A stretch of 64,000 nt of DNA, taken from contig CAKKNE010000001.1 of NCBI GenBank assembly GCA_918797485.1, positions 2,666,001 to 2,730,000 of the forward strand, given 5' to 3'. A program made the translations under genes and the position numbers. Position 1 is the stretch's first letter, and each line of letters starts with the position of its first letter. Origin of the DNA: Pelagomonas calceolata. Its lineage: Eukaryota. The notes beneath the pieces are model-generated. The model saw nothing but the letters and a program-made list of their open reading frames with translations, did not search any database and was not told the DNA's origin. Of the stretch, positions 27,001 through 38,750 are shown one piece after another.

Positions 27001-29468
27001 AGTCGCCTCCATTGGCTGTACATAGCAGGCAGGAACCAGACCCACTCAGTGTGCCGGCACCGCTTACCAGAACGCAATCTCCACCCACCGCAGCTTTGGA
27101 ATCACCTGCGGCGATGTAGATACCACCGCCGCCATCCCCCGATCTTCCCCCGTAAAAATTGATGTCACCTGCGTGTTCAAGGCCACTGCCGGCACTTATC
27201 GTTACGGGCCCACCGGCACCACAAGAGGAGTCACCACCAGCAATTTCAATCGAACCACCACATGCATCACCGCCCATTGTAGTTCCCGCGCTGATGAAGA
27301 AACCCCCCCCCACTTCACCGCCACCAGCCCCGAGCTCAATATTGCCAGAAGATCCATGACAAGAGGATCCAACTGCAAGGGCGATGCATCCCGAGTTACC
27401 AGACACACTGGTCCCAGTAGTGAAGCCCATATTCCCGGTGTTGCCATTTGAGTTGTGTGGCGTACTAATGAGTAGCGCCCCTGGCGTTCCAATGCCACCT
27501 CCAGATGCAAGCCTGATATCTCCCCCTGAGCCATTAGCATCGGGCGAGTCGCCGCCTGAAATTGAAATGGTGCCACCGGTCTCATAACCGTCTCCGCCCA
27601 CGAGCGAAATGGTGCCCGAGGTGCCTTCCGTCGAAGTTCCCGTGCCAAGCAGAATTGCCCCGGAGCTTTGTGATGACGCAGTGCCAGTCCGCAGGTACAC
27701 ACTTCCGCTGGCACCATTTTGGCCAGCATTCGCCGAGCTTACATACAGACCACCAGATGTCGAAAACTCACTTTCACCAGAAAAAATACAAATCGAACCT
27801 CCGGTTCCCATTACCGATGTTCCACCCTTGATCAATACATCTCCACCCGCACCACTCCCAGCAGCATGCCCGCCTCGAAGAATGACACCACCTGCACTTG
27901 CACCGTCATCCCCGGCGCCGCTACTGACCAAGACTTGTCCACCTTGCATCGAGGAAGCGCCGGCACGGATCTCGACACTTCCTCCAACCCCGTCGCCACT
28001 ATCACCGGATGCAATAGAAATACCACCGCTCTCCTGGCCGCTGTCTGATGTGGCGACCGAAATGTCTCCCGAGCTACTCGTGGCCGAGCCGGTCAAGACC
28101 GAAACGGAACCTGACGACGCAGTTGCATTCGCGGTTGAAACAGTCACGCTACCCGAACTTGATTTGGCATCTCCAGAAACAAGCACTATTTCACCACCAG
28201 GCGTTTGTTCGGCGCCCTCGCCCGCGGTGAGTGTTATGGAACCACCTGCACCACTGCCTGACTCGCCGACGCGCAAAGCAATCCCACCCGCAAGTCCTGA
28301 AACGGCATCTCCGGTCGAGATACACACAGCTCCGGAGTCACCATGGGCAGTGCTCCCGGTGGATACCGAAATATCACCGGAGCATGAGCCATGGCTGCCG
28401 CCACTTGCTGTCATGAATGTTAGCACGCCTCCATTTGTACCACCGGAGCCAGACATCAGTTCCAGAGCACCACCAACTCCCACTGCAGACTCTCCTGCTC
28501 GAAGGCTCACAAGGCCACCCGCTCCTGCCATGGAATCGCCGCCTGTAATGTCCACATTTCCTCCGTCGCCGACATAGCCACCAAGGGCGGGGCTGCCATA
28601 GCCATCACCACCACGGAGGGTCGCAGAGCCACCTTGGCCGCCATGCGGGTTTACACCTGAACCGGCTGCCAGTGACATTGACCCACCCATTCCATTTTCT
28701 TTGAAGTTTTGACCTCCCTTGATGGTTACCTACACACATTCATTGTGTTCGGAACGCGAAATCCTCCGGATCGGGAAATTAGACACGGAAACTCAAGTGT
28801 TGCTCTCCACGGGAGAGCAACAAACGAGAAATCAATAAATACATCGCCAGCTGAAACGACGGATATTTCGACCTCGTCTATGATGAATTCGAAAGTGCCG
28901 CCGCCCGTCCCAACACCCGATGAGCGGAAGTGCCCACCTCCAAACACAGGGTCAGCCTCAACAATAAGATTACCCACAATACGGTTCTCGACCTGATGAG
29001 AAAGAAGTTTGTTTCAGTATGACCTCGCAAGACTCTGCCTAACCCTCAACAGGAACATGCATGAATTTAGACGGGGTTAGATGGACACGGCGGGTCGAAG
29101 ATGGAACCTTCGCACTCTGAGAGAAATATCTCAGATACAGTGAGGCATCGCTGCTCGGAGGCACACCACGCACACCCTTCCATATCCACGCATACGCCAC
29201 AGCTGCTAAGTTGCTCACACTGGGGTATCTCAGGGCATTCCGCAGCCGCCGTTAGCCAGTAATTACACGGGAGCCCACTCAAAGGCCCATTGCTTCCCCG
29301 TTCCATGCACTGAAGTGTCGACAAACAAAAGCCACAGCTTGGGTTGGCAGCGCAAGCGCCGCAATCGCTGATTGCCTCATAGTAGTCACCGCCGTCGTTG
29401 CTAAACCGCTCGCACTCGTGCGCTGCCGCCTCTAGCACCAACGCGATCACGAGTGACAAGACCCGCAT
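1..29468 (-). CDS. Giant secreted Gly-rich repeat polyprotein with N-terminal PSI repeats and two internal peptidase S74/ICA domains (3' partial, >=9,448 aa)
   Basis: Minus-strand exons joined by hand: 29468-29073, 28992-28843, 28729-22210, 22124-21366, 21307-19757, 19690-18446, 18337-17828, 17657-9471, 9376-9188, 9086-6941, 6777-6365, 6279-<1. All 11 introns (58-170 bp, GT/GC-AG) keep phase, and those inside the array restore the G-G-x-[IVL]-x-[IL]-x-[AST]-G repeat. Spliced length is 28,345 nt. The last exon has no stop in the window, which is why the ORF track omits it. Confidence 0.85.
11221..11538 (-). other. Peptidase S74 / MYRF-type ICA domain 2
   Basis: S|SDERIKEDIHYLD...IKLANYRY...RGVIAQNVREVFPERV...FHQVDKQGLTLDLIAAMQS. 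Ser codon 11535-11533, Lys(+5) codon 11520-11518. Confidence 0.9.
16970..17277 (-). other. Peptidase S74 / MYRF-type ICA domain 1
   Basis: P|SDRRIKKDFQPVDTADLLHRLQRVRITEYGY...RGVIAQELNEIFPEHI...FYRVDKQRLALDVIGGLQAL. Ser codon 17274-17272, Lys(+5) codon 17259-17257. Confidence 0.9.
29073..29468 (-). other. Exon 1 of the giant gene: signal peptide plus two PSI-like (plexin/attractin-type) Cys repeats
   Basis: Hydrophobic leader MRVLSLVIALVLEAAA. It is followed by CGACAANPSCGFCLSTLQC...GP...C..W...CP and CEQLSSCGVCVDMEGCAWCASEQRC...C...CP, which match PSI Cys/Trp spacing. Confidence 0.75.
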
Positions 29469-30478
29469 GCCGCCCGACGAGCCTCGCTTTCCAACCGCTC
29501 CTATAGGAACTCCATCTCAAAGACACTTATTTTGAGCGGACCGAAGGTATCTATCCAGGTACCATATATCATGCTTGAAGTTTTTTATTTACCGCAGTAA
29601 CCTCCAGTCCAGCCCTATATGACGGGCCGCGCCGAGCCCTATAGGACGGCGACCTGTAAGACACTAGCAAGCAAAACCAAACGCGTCACGCAGCCGTCTG
29701 AGTATCCTTCCGTTCGCTACTGGTCCAAAGAGATCAATGCCAGTGGGACAAGTACTTGTAGACCGCCGCGCTGCCGCCGCCGCCGGCCCGGGCCCGCCGG
29801 GAGTATCACTAGGCGGCCTGGCATGACTCGGGTGGGGCCCGGCCCGGGCCCGGACCGGACTATCGTGACTGCCACGCACAACTCGGGACTGGAAACTCGA
29901 AACTGGGCAAACCGTTGACCGTCGGACTGGGCCGGGCAAACTGGTCAATCGGGCTGGCCTGTTGTTGCTGCCCCCTGTCACTGGCAGTGCACTTCAACTT
30001 GTGCTACTATTGAAAAATTGATAGTTCCAATTATTCACTGGCAAGTTCGACTCGGAGTAAAATTCCATATTCCACATTACTACTACTAGGCTACTGGTAT
30101 TCAATGGGTCCGAGTCCCGGGCCCGGACCATCATGCTATCATGATCGTGCTACATAGCACAATTACCAGCGTAGTATGCTAATCTCAATAATATTATAAT
30201 GCTATTTCTAAACTTTGAATGCTATTCTGCTATTTCGCATTTTGAACGTCACGGTGCTGCCAAGGTCCAAGTTCAAGTTCAAGTTGGAGCCTAATACACT
30301 TCGGGTCTAAGAGGCTAGTAAGAGCAGGCCCTTGTTGTGAACCTAGCATTGTATGGGATTGATGGATTCCACCAGGACAGCACCTTGATCGGGGAGGATG
30401 TCTTGAGAGAGGCTGGTATCATCATCATCATGATGATGCCAGCCCCGGGGCCCGGGCCGCCGGGCCTGAGTGATAGAA

Positions 30479-31273
30479 ATGACCTTAGAAACGATCAAAT
30501 TTTACGAATCAACTATCTTGGAGCTAGACATTCCTGGCATAAGAGAGGCGTAAGGAGCTTATGGAGTGGAGTGGTACCTATGGGAAGCAAATCGTGGTGG
30601 TCTCTCCCCAGCCTTCAAAGAACAGTTGAAATATTTCAACAGCGATTCCCCTCAAGAAGAAGATTCTGATTCTACAGAGCAGGAACAGCATACGGCTGCG
30701 GAGATTCGGGCCAAGCTTAAAGATGCCATAGAGTACAGTAAACGAGAGGACGAGGAAGATGGAGACAAGACTTCATACATTCAATTAATTATGATCGCCT
30801 TAGATCACCTTGTCGCCACTCAGGAGAAACATCGGATTGAATTGAAAACCATGAGTGACCCAATGCATAGATATGTTCTCCGCATTCTCGATAAGCAAGT
30901 CAACGAGACTAGTGGACCTTCTCTACCGAGATTCCTAGCACTCCAAAAGTGGCACGTACGGTACACTTTGACAATAATGAAGCTCCTAACTCGTATGGTG
31001 ACATAAATGCCCCCTAATTACCCGACACCTCAGTACTACATTACCACGAGCTACGACCTACCACAAAACAACCTACAGAACACTCTACCAATTCTCACGT
31101 GGAAGGTTAAGTGTATTCATTGAGAGGCAAATGCCCATGTGCTACTTGATGATATTTGCCAAAATGCACATTTCAATGAAACGAACGACAAGGATGGAGG
31201 ACAACTTTCACCCCATATTTTCCTAAGGGAAACAAGAGCTTACCCTCATGAAAAAGGGGAGTGCGATAAATAG
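30479..31273 (+). pseudogene. Decayed intronless ORF of unknown, probably mobile-element, origin
   Basis: One frame of 264 codons from ATG 30479 to TAG 31271-31273, broken by only three in-frame stops (TAA 30551, TAA 31004, TGA 31121). No family recognised. Confidence 0.45.
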
Positions 31274-31326
31274 GGCGAAATACCCCCTATCCCCACCCTT
31301 CCGCGCCACATCATCGCTTTTCAACA

Positions 31327-31927
31327 ACGCGTAATAAACACAGTTAAAACCAAAACTACTTAGTGTATTTAAGGTAGCTCCGCGGCAGACTATCTCAGCC
31401 GCCGTACTCCCAAAGGTGCGTACTCCTTTGGTCTTGCATTATTCGCAAAACCTTTGATGTCACGGCCGGGTTGGTCATCATGATGCACGCGTAATTAAAC
31501 ACCGTCCGTAAACCAAAACTAGTTAGTGTATTTTAAGGTAGCTCCCCGGAAGACTATCTCAGCCGCCGTACTCCCAAAGGTGCGTACTCCTTTGGTCTTG
31601 CATTATTCGCAAAACCTTTGATGTCACGGCCGGGTTGGTCATGCACGCGTAATTAAACACCGTCCGTAAACCAAAACTAGTTAGTGTATTTTAAGGTAGC
31701 TCCCCGGAAGACTATCTCAGCCGCCGTACTCCCAAAGGTGCGTACTCCTTTGGTCTTGCATTATTCGCAAAACCTTTGATGTCACGGCCGGGTTGGTCAT
31801 GCACGCGTAATTAAACACCGTCCGTAAACCAAAACTAGTTAGTGTATTTTAAGGTAGCTCCCCGGCAGACTATCTCAGCCGCCGTACTCCCAAAGGCGCG
31901 TATCCCTTTGGTCTTGCATCACTCGCA
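31327..31927. repeat. Tandem repeat, 158-bp unit, about 3.8 copies
   Basis: CACGCGTAATTAAAC recurs at 31486, 31644 and 31802 (158-bp spacing), with a diverged first copy from about 31327. Each unit has a CCAAAGG-N8-CCTTTGG hairpin. Confidence 0.95.
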
Positions 31928-32157
31928 CCTAGTCGCAAGGCCCCGCCCGGGTCACGGTCACGGTAACTTGAGTTCATCTTAATTACAACTCATGGAGGAA
32001 GGGTCGAATTCTCGTTCGGGAGGACTACGCGACGTCAGGTGAGGCCTAAACAATGTCGGAAATTCGCATCTGAATTTCGCGCGAAACCCCCCTCCTCCCC
32101 CTCGCTCCCCCACTAGGAGGACTGCTGCTGTGCTCATTGTCCGCTGATACGCATAAC

Positions 32158-35100
32158 ATGAGCGACCTAGCCGATCGCCTCGAGGTGAAAGTTATCGCTG
32201 CTCGAGATCTCGTTGAAGCCGAAGGAGGCGAGTGTAATCCTTTTGCTGTAGTGAAATGCAACATGGTACGTGTCAAAGGCTAAAGTTACCTGCATTCACA
32301 AAGTATTATGACAGGAGCTGGAACAGACCATGGTCAAAAAATCGCGTTGTGTGTTGGTTCGAAAGTATTAGTAAGTGTGTGTGCAGGTCGCGAGTCACAC
32401 AACAGACCCAGAATGGAATTCTGCAACTATGATCTTTACGGGCATAGGGAAGTATGATGCAGATCACATTGTTGTGACAGTGATGCACAAAAGTCTGTCT
32501 GCACAATCTGATGTAGAACTCGGACAGGCAATTGTGGACCTGCGCACTGTCGTACTATCGCCCTCCATAGAGTCTGACGCATGGTACATGCTCCAACAGA
32601 GGACAGGCATGAGGCATGAAGTCTCGGGGCGCATACGGATAGAGTGCACTTACTTCATATCAGACTCGAATAATATTGTACCTGGGCGTAAGGATGCAGA
32701 AGATGGGGGTGACCTTGTGCACACGCCAAATATGCTCGTTGGAACTATCATCTGTGGGCGTTCTCTGCATCTCAAGGGAAGAGAGCTTGTTGACGCTTAT
32801 GTGACACTCAAGGTAGGCGCACATAAACATTCTACGGCCGTTGTCGGGAAAAACTGCAATCCGCATTGGGACCATGAGTTCAAATTGCCAGTTTCTGATG
32901 GGTCAAGAATGATCACTGTGAAGGTCGGGCTCAACATAAAAAAAGGAGCATTGCCAATACTTTGGCTGTAGGTCAAAGACCACGGTGTTCTTCGTAATCG
33001 TCTTATCGGCACCTGCATCATACCCATGGTTGAAGTAGCCGCACATGGCGAGGCGGGCTTAACAAAATGGTGCTCTCTTCATGGCAGTGACGGTCTTGTT
33101 GATAATCATGCGAGTGATCCATAAAAAAGAATAAATTTTCATAATCCCCTTAGGGACGCGGCGATGTCGAACTTTATCTTGCGTGGCGTTTTGACGCGCA
33201 GTATGCTCAAAGTCTCTCGCGGCATATGCTGACGACCAGCAAGACTCTCAGCGAATTTCATAGTATGTTTAGCATTAATTTCTCTCCTACTTGTCAGGCG
33301 CTGGGTTGCTCACAATGAGTCGAAAGATGCAAGGCCCCAAATCAAGCTCAGGGGCATTAGTTGACAGAGAGAGCGCATGGATGATAGAGGAAGATGCATT
33401 TATGCCGCTGGAGCTTTCTTCCAAGGAACGAGAAGAACGAACTGACAGACGAGAAGCAAATGTAACAGCCCTTGGCATATTGAAGTACACACAGTCGCAC
33501 AAGCACATGCGCGCACACACATTCATAATACCATCATCACACAACAATATTGTATTGTTTGAAATTTAACAAAAATGAAATGTAGGTAATGACAGCGAGC
33601 CGCCACCTCGATCAGCTTGAGCAACGAAGCCGCATAATGCCCTCTGGCGATTACCAAATACAGGTTCACCTTATTGAATGTCGTGATCTCACCGGACTCC
33701 ATGATCCTTATGTCAGAGTCAAGGTCATGGGGAGAGTAAAAAAGACGCGTGTCATTCGCAAGGTGTGACGAAACAACAGAGAGTTTAATAGCCAATTATA
33801 TTGGGGTCGTCTGTTAGGTTTCAGCTTGCGTTTTTGACGACACGCTTCAGTTTAACTTCGCTGGACTTTCCTGCTCAGCAATTGAAGAGGCGAGCATTGA
33901 AGTTAAAATGTACGACTTTGATGCTTTCCTAGCCCATGATCTTATTGGTGCGACTGTGTTTGATGCGAGATCAGTGCGTGAACTTCCAAACCATGAGTTT
34001 TACCGCAAGTGGGTTGGCCTCACGAATAGTCAGTCAAATGCGAACAGAAGCAAAGACAACTGCGCTGCAGTGCACCGAGGGATTCAAAACACACTCTAGA
34101 GCCACAGGTTTTCGTGGATTCCTTAAACTATCAGTCACAGTCCTTGGTCCTAATGATGTGCAACAAGCACATGATCTAGATGCTGAGTATCAAAAAGAAC
34201 TTGTTGAGGAAGTCGGCTATGGCGTGGATGGCATGGTAAAACCGAACTTTACTATGTGCAATCTGTGTCAACGTGCTTATTTGTGTCGCATTCTCTATAT
34301 TGTAGGAAGACCACTTACTTGGTCATTTTTGTCTGGGAAGCTGAGGATCTCAACATAATGGAAGCGAATCTTTTCTCCAACACCCGGATCGAAGCATACG
34401 TGAGAGTTAACTTTTGTGGATCCCAGGCAATTACATCCGTAGTATGTGTTCGGGGACGTGCTCGTTTGGCTCCTGAGTTCAATGAAGAACTTTGGCTTCC
34501 AGTCACAGAACCGACAGAAACAAGACGCATTTCAGTTGGGCTCTGGAACTATAGCTCCCATACTAGAGATAGGCCGATTGCACACTTGTATTTCGACCTA
34601 GACGACATCGAACGGAGCAGCAAATACATATCTGGAAGTTTTTTGGGTGGCGGGCTACTGGAGCAGAACAACTATATGGGGCCTAGGCCTCGCTGGTATA
34701 ATTTATACGGTGCGCCCATCCGTATTCAAGGTAAGCGTGGTGCCTTGCAGAATCGATATGGTAATGAAGCCTCCACCTATCGTGGTCGACTTCTTCTTTC
34801 CATGGAACTTCTTGCTAGACCACCTAACGAGCAACGGCATAAGAGTATGGCTCATCGAAGGCCATTTCATTTCAAGCCAAACACACGCCTCACATCGGCA
34901 TCTGCCAAGTATCATCTGCGTGCTCTTGTGGTGATGGGCTCCGAGATACCACAATTTCGTTCCCCAGCCATCGGGAACTGTACCAAAATGCGTTTGGTGA
35001 TTTCTATAGGTGCGGATGTAATTTCTGTTGTCGATTGCACTGCGCTCTGCAGGTAATCATACGCTTACTTATGCTTGGGAGCCAAACAAGCGCGGTGTTG

Positions 35101-38100
35101 TGATGTGGAACATGCTACTAACCTTGAAGGTAGTATTGCATGTTTGCTCTCGTATACTTCTTATTGATATAGGCAATAAAGCTTCCAGTGCTTGTAGAGG
35201 AGATACCAGATGTGTGCTTGTACCTTGTACGTGGTCCGCCTAAAATCTTAACGGTGTGCTTTAGCCGCATAGCTGCTGCAAGATTGCTCAGGGAGCAATT
35301 TCGTGCAGGACCATGCTGGGAATTGCTGAAACCCGAGCCATCAAGAGCGTCTCAACTTGGTGGAGCTGCGCTCAAAACAAATCCTGGTGCTGTGCTTCTT
35401 AAGCTTGGCTTTGGTCTATCAGAAGATGCACTGGATCCTGACTTTAGTTGGCCAGAAGAAGAGCTCCTGAGGAAGGCCAAGGATCGTGTGCCTTTTTGCC
35501 TTCGGGTTTTTATCTACCAAGCAAAGGAATTGCCTGCATCGGACCAAACTAGTCTCCTTGATCCATATGTCAAAGTACGTTTCTGCGGTAAGAAAGAGAA
35601 AACACGAGTGCATGCAATGACAACGGCGCCGCTTTTCTATGAGACATTAGAATTTCATGAGATGCTTCCACTCGACGTGCGCTTTGGGCCTGACATCGTT
35701 GTGCAAGTGTGGGACAGGGATGTATTCTCGTCTAATACTCCGAGGGCGCTCTTGCGTTTCCCATTGACCAAGTGCCATGTTCTTGCTTCAGAAGGATCTA
35801 AAATTCCTTCTCCCAGCTGGGAAAACCTCACCAGTATTGGTGCAGAGCCAATAAGCAGCCAAATTCTCATGTCAGCAGCGCTTATTCGAAAAAGAGACCT
35901 CTCTGAAAGACTCGGCCGTTCCGAGTGCATAATCCCACAGATGAGACAGGCTTGGGTGGAGATCACATGTGTTGGCGTACGTCAGCTAAAAGCTCATCGG
36001 CTGCGGGCACCCCAAGAGCCATGTGTGCGCATTGATGTGCCCGCTCCGAATGATAGAGGCAATTGCTTCAGAACACAACCAAGTTCTGTGCCGTCTGGAC
36101 GGAATGCAAATTTTCTAGAGCGAAAAGTCATGGCTATTGATATGCCAGAAAACCCCCTGTACGCTCCGAACCTTGACCTACGTGTGTACGATGCCCGGGT
36201 TGGTATTTCCGCAGGGCTTCACAAACGTCTTCTTGGTGCAAGCTCAATTGATCTTTCCAGCAAACTGCCATGGAATTCTGAGGCCTTTGTGGCGCCGCAA
36301 ACAGAATTATTCAGCGGCAGCGATGTGTGGCAACAAGAGAAGGAAAGGAATGAAGAGTCGCATCTGCGAACCCAATCTGAGCTTCTAGGTAGTGGTTTAT
36401 CACAATGGACTATCAAATATCCTGGTGATGCAGGGTTGCAATTTCGTGAGAGACTTGATAGCAATCATGAAGACGACTATGACGAATTTGAGTGTGATGT
36501 TGAGCACCTCGAATTAGAACGTCATTCTCCAGATGCCTTGAGTTCTATGCCTGGAGATTCTGGGACAGGAGCTTTTGATCCCATGATTTTGTCCGGGCTT
36601 CCAATGATCCATGAAGATGTTATCTTCAGAGAGAAGCAGATTCAATTTGCCGAGAAATTTCCACTTGATGAAGATATCACTCCCTTCCCTGAGATGATAA
36701 ATGCGAGTTCCACTTCGACCGAATACTCTACCCTCCTTGGGAGCCAGGCGAGCTATAAACTAAGTGAACTTCCCATCTCATTTCCATCACAATGGGCTGC
36801 TGCAGAATATATCGAGGGACGTGAGTGGTGGACGAAACAGGGGGGAAGGGAACTAGAGAATCACTTGAAAACTAAACCTTTTGAAACATACAAGTTGTTC
36901 CGAGGAAAGTTTCATCCAAATGCCTCAAAATCTACTCTTCGCTGCGTTGGGGTATTCAAGGGAATACTACGAGTCCTAGAGACAAATCCATCGTGTGAGA
37001 AGGAGCCTTTTTTTCCGTTACAGATTCTTTCATCCGCTATATATACAGTGCGTCTGTACATAATACGAGGCTCTAATCTCCAACCTGTAAATGGGAACTC
37101 AGCTGATCCATATCTCAGGGTGAAGTTGGGCACTGATATTCAAGACAGCAGGAGCTCACACTGTACTAGGACACTTAAGCCTGAATTCTATGAAACGTTT
37201 GAGTTCCGTACAGTGATCCCTGGTCCTTCCCTGCTTAAAGTCCAAGTCAGGGACTGGAATAGGTTTTATCCCGTGCACGAGATTATTGGTCAAACAGAAA
37301 TTGATCTTGAAGACCGGTGGTTTCATTATGGGTGGCAAAAGCTAGATAGGTTGAAACCAATTGAAATCAGGAGTTTACACAAAGACACATCACCTATCAT
37401 CCAAGGCCAATTGCATCTTTGGTTAGAGATCAGGCCAGAGGCAGAAGCTCACAGGGAGCCACCTGTCGAGCTCCACGGACCAAAGAAGCAAAAGTTTGAA
37501 TTGCGCATAGTCTGTTGGAAGTCTAGGGATGTGCCATTCGATATGGGTGACTACTTTGCCGAGTTTTGGATTGGCGATTCCCGGAAGCAAAAAACTGATG
37601 TCCACTGGCGTTGCAGAAATGGACAAGCTAGTTGGAATTGGCGAATCAAGATACCAATTGAACTTCCACTAGACTCACCAGAGAAAGGTCGCCTCATGTT
37701 GCAGCTTTGGGACCAAGATGTTATCAAGTGGAATGAAGTAATTGGCGATACACAGGTTGATCTGTATCGCTGGTTTCTCAAAGCCTACCACGAACAACGT
37801 GTCGTGAATGTATTCAAGGAAGTCAAGGACGCAATTTCCAGACAGCAAATGAAGGCCGCCAAAAAAGAGACATATGGGCGCAACATAGATTCGAATGAGG
37901 AGGGAACAGAAATTAATGAAACAGAAGTGCGAACCTCACCAGATACTCTGGAGGTAGGAGGATCTGCGTGATATTGTTCTTCTTATTTTAGCAGACAGCC
38001 CTTTTGTAGAATCATCATAAGGCTATCGAACCGGATGGAGACTCGAAGGATGCCAGGCGACACGCAACTCAAATGGCGAGAATTGAGGCACGAAGCGACT

Positions 38101-38750
38101 CAAAAGATGCTGCCTACTTTGTCAAGCAGCTCAAGGAAATGGTCGGTCTTGGTGAAATTGATGAGTCGGCGGAATGGATAAATATAACGTACCATGATAG
38201 ACGCAGAAGCAGAGTGCTCCCTCGTGGCAGTCTTGCCCTCTCGGTAGGCACATTCGACGTTACTGAAACAACCAAGTATCATTATTTAATCCTTAGATTG
38301 AAATATTGCCTGAGGAGGAGGTTGAACTGAGACCTGCTGGACATGGGCGCACAGAACCAAATGCAAATCCATATCTTCCACCAACGGCTGGCCGCTTTAG
38401 ATTTTCCTACAATCCATTGGCCCTGTGTTCCGCGAGGAGACAGCGTCTTTTGCATGGCAGAAGCATATAAAATTACCTCAAAGGGTTTTTAGGCTTTGCT
38501 TGGCCCAAAAATTGCATTTCAGGTCTCCATCGATATTCCCAGCCTCAGCTAGCAGATGATATTTTTTATCTCTATAACGTAGGTCGGATGTTGCTTTTGC
38601 TGTCTTTTGGTTATGATTTTAATAGGGTTTTGCGGTATATATTTTACATCCTTGTGAGTTTTTTGTCCACCTTATGCTAACTTTGAAGGGCTTTTTAATA
38701 GTTATACTGTATTGGAATCGCTTGGGTTGACACAATCAGGAACTTCCTGA
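32158..38750 (+). CDS. Ferlin family protein (multi-C2-domain, C-terminal TM anchor)
   Basis: Multiple C2 domains: LEVKVIAARDL, YQIQVHLIECRDL, LRVFIYQAKELPASDQTSLLDPYVKV, VRLYIIRGSNL...ADPYL, FELRIVCW...QKTDVHWRC..GQASWNWR. Also IGQTEIDLEDRW, PAGHGRTEPNANPYLPP and a terminal hydrophobic helix. Many short introns; the start codon is approximate. Confidence 0.88.

Noticed and set aside
21..28577. Dozens of long Pro-rich plus-strand ORFs (e.g. 21-2162, 713 aa)
   Set aside because: They are antisense shadows of the Gly-rich minus-strand gene: GGN codons read as CC on the other strand, and their frames shift in step with its introns.
6276..28690. Minus-strand ORFs (2207, 348, 515, 423, 153, 2798, 167, 752 and 171 aa) as separate genes or a frameshifted pseudogene
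   Set aside because: Every break coincides with a short non-repeat segment bounded by GT/GC and a pyrimidine-rich AG, and splicing restores frame and repeat register.
1..28729. Collagen, PE-PGRS or ice-nucleation protein assignment
   Set aside because: There are no Gly-X-Y triplets, no PE domain or GGAGG pattern, and no AGYGSTxTA octapeptides.
31327..31927. CRISPR array
   Set aside because: The units are contiguous 158-bp repeats without unique spacers, there are no cas genes, and the context is eukaryotic.
31992..32116. Upstream ATG and GT-AG intron as the first ferlin coding exon
   Set aside because: Splicing from the ATG 31992 frame puts the C2 exon out of frame and hits TGA. It is more likely 5' UTR or a uORF.
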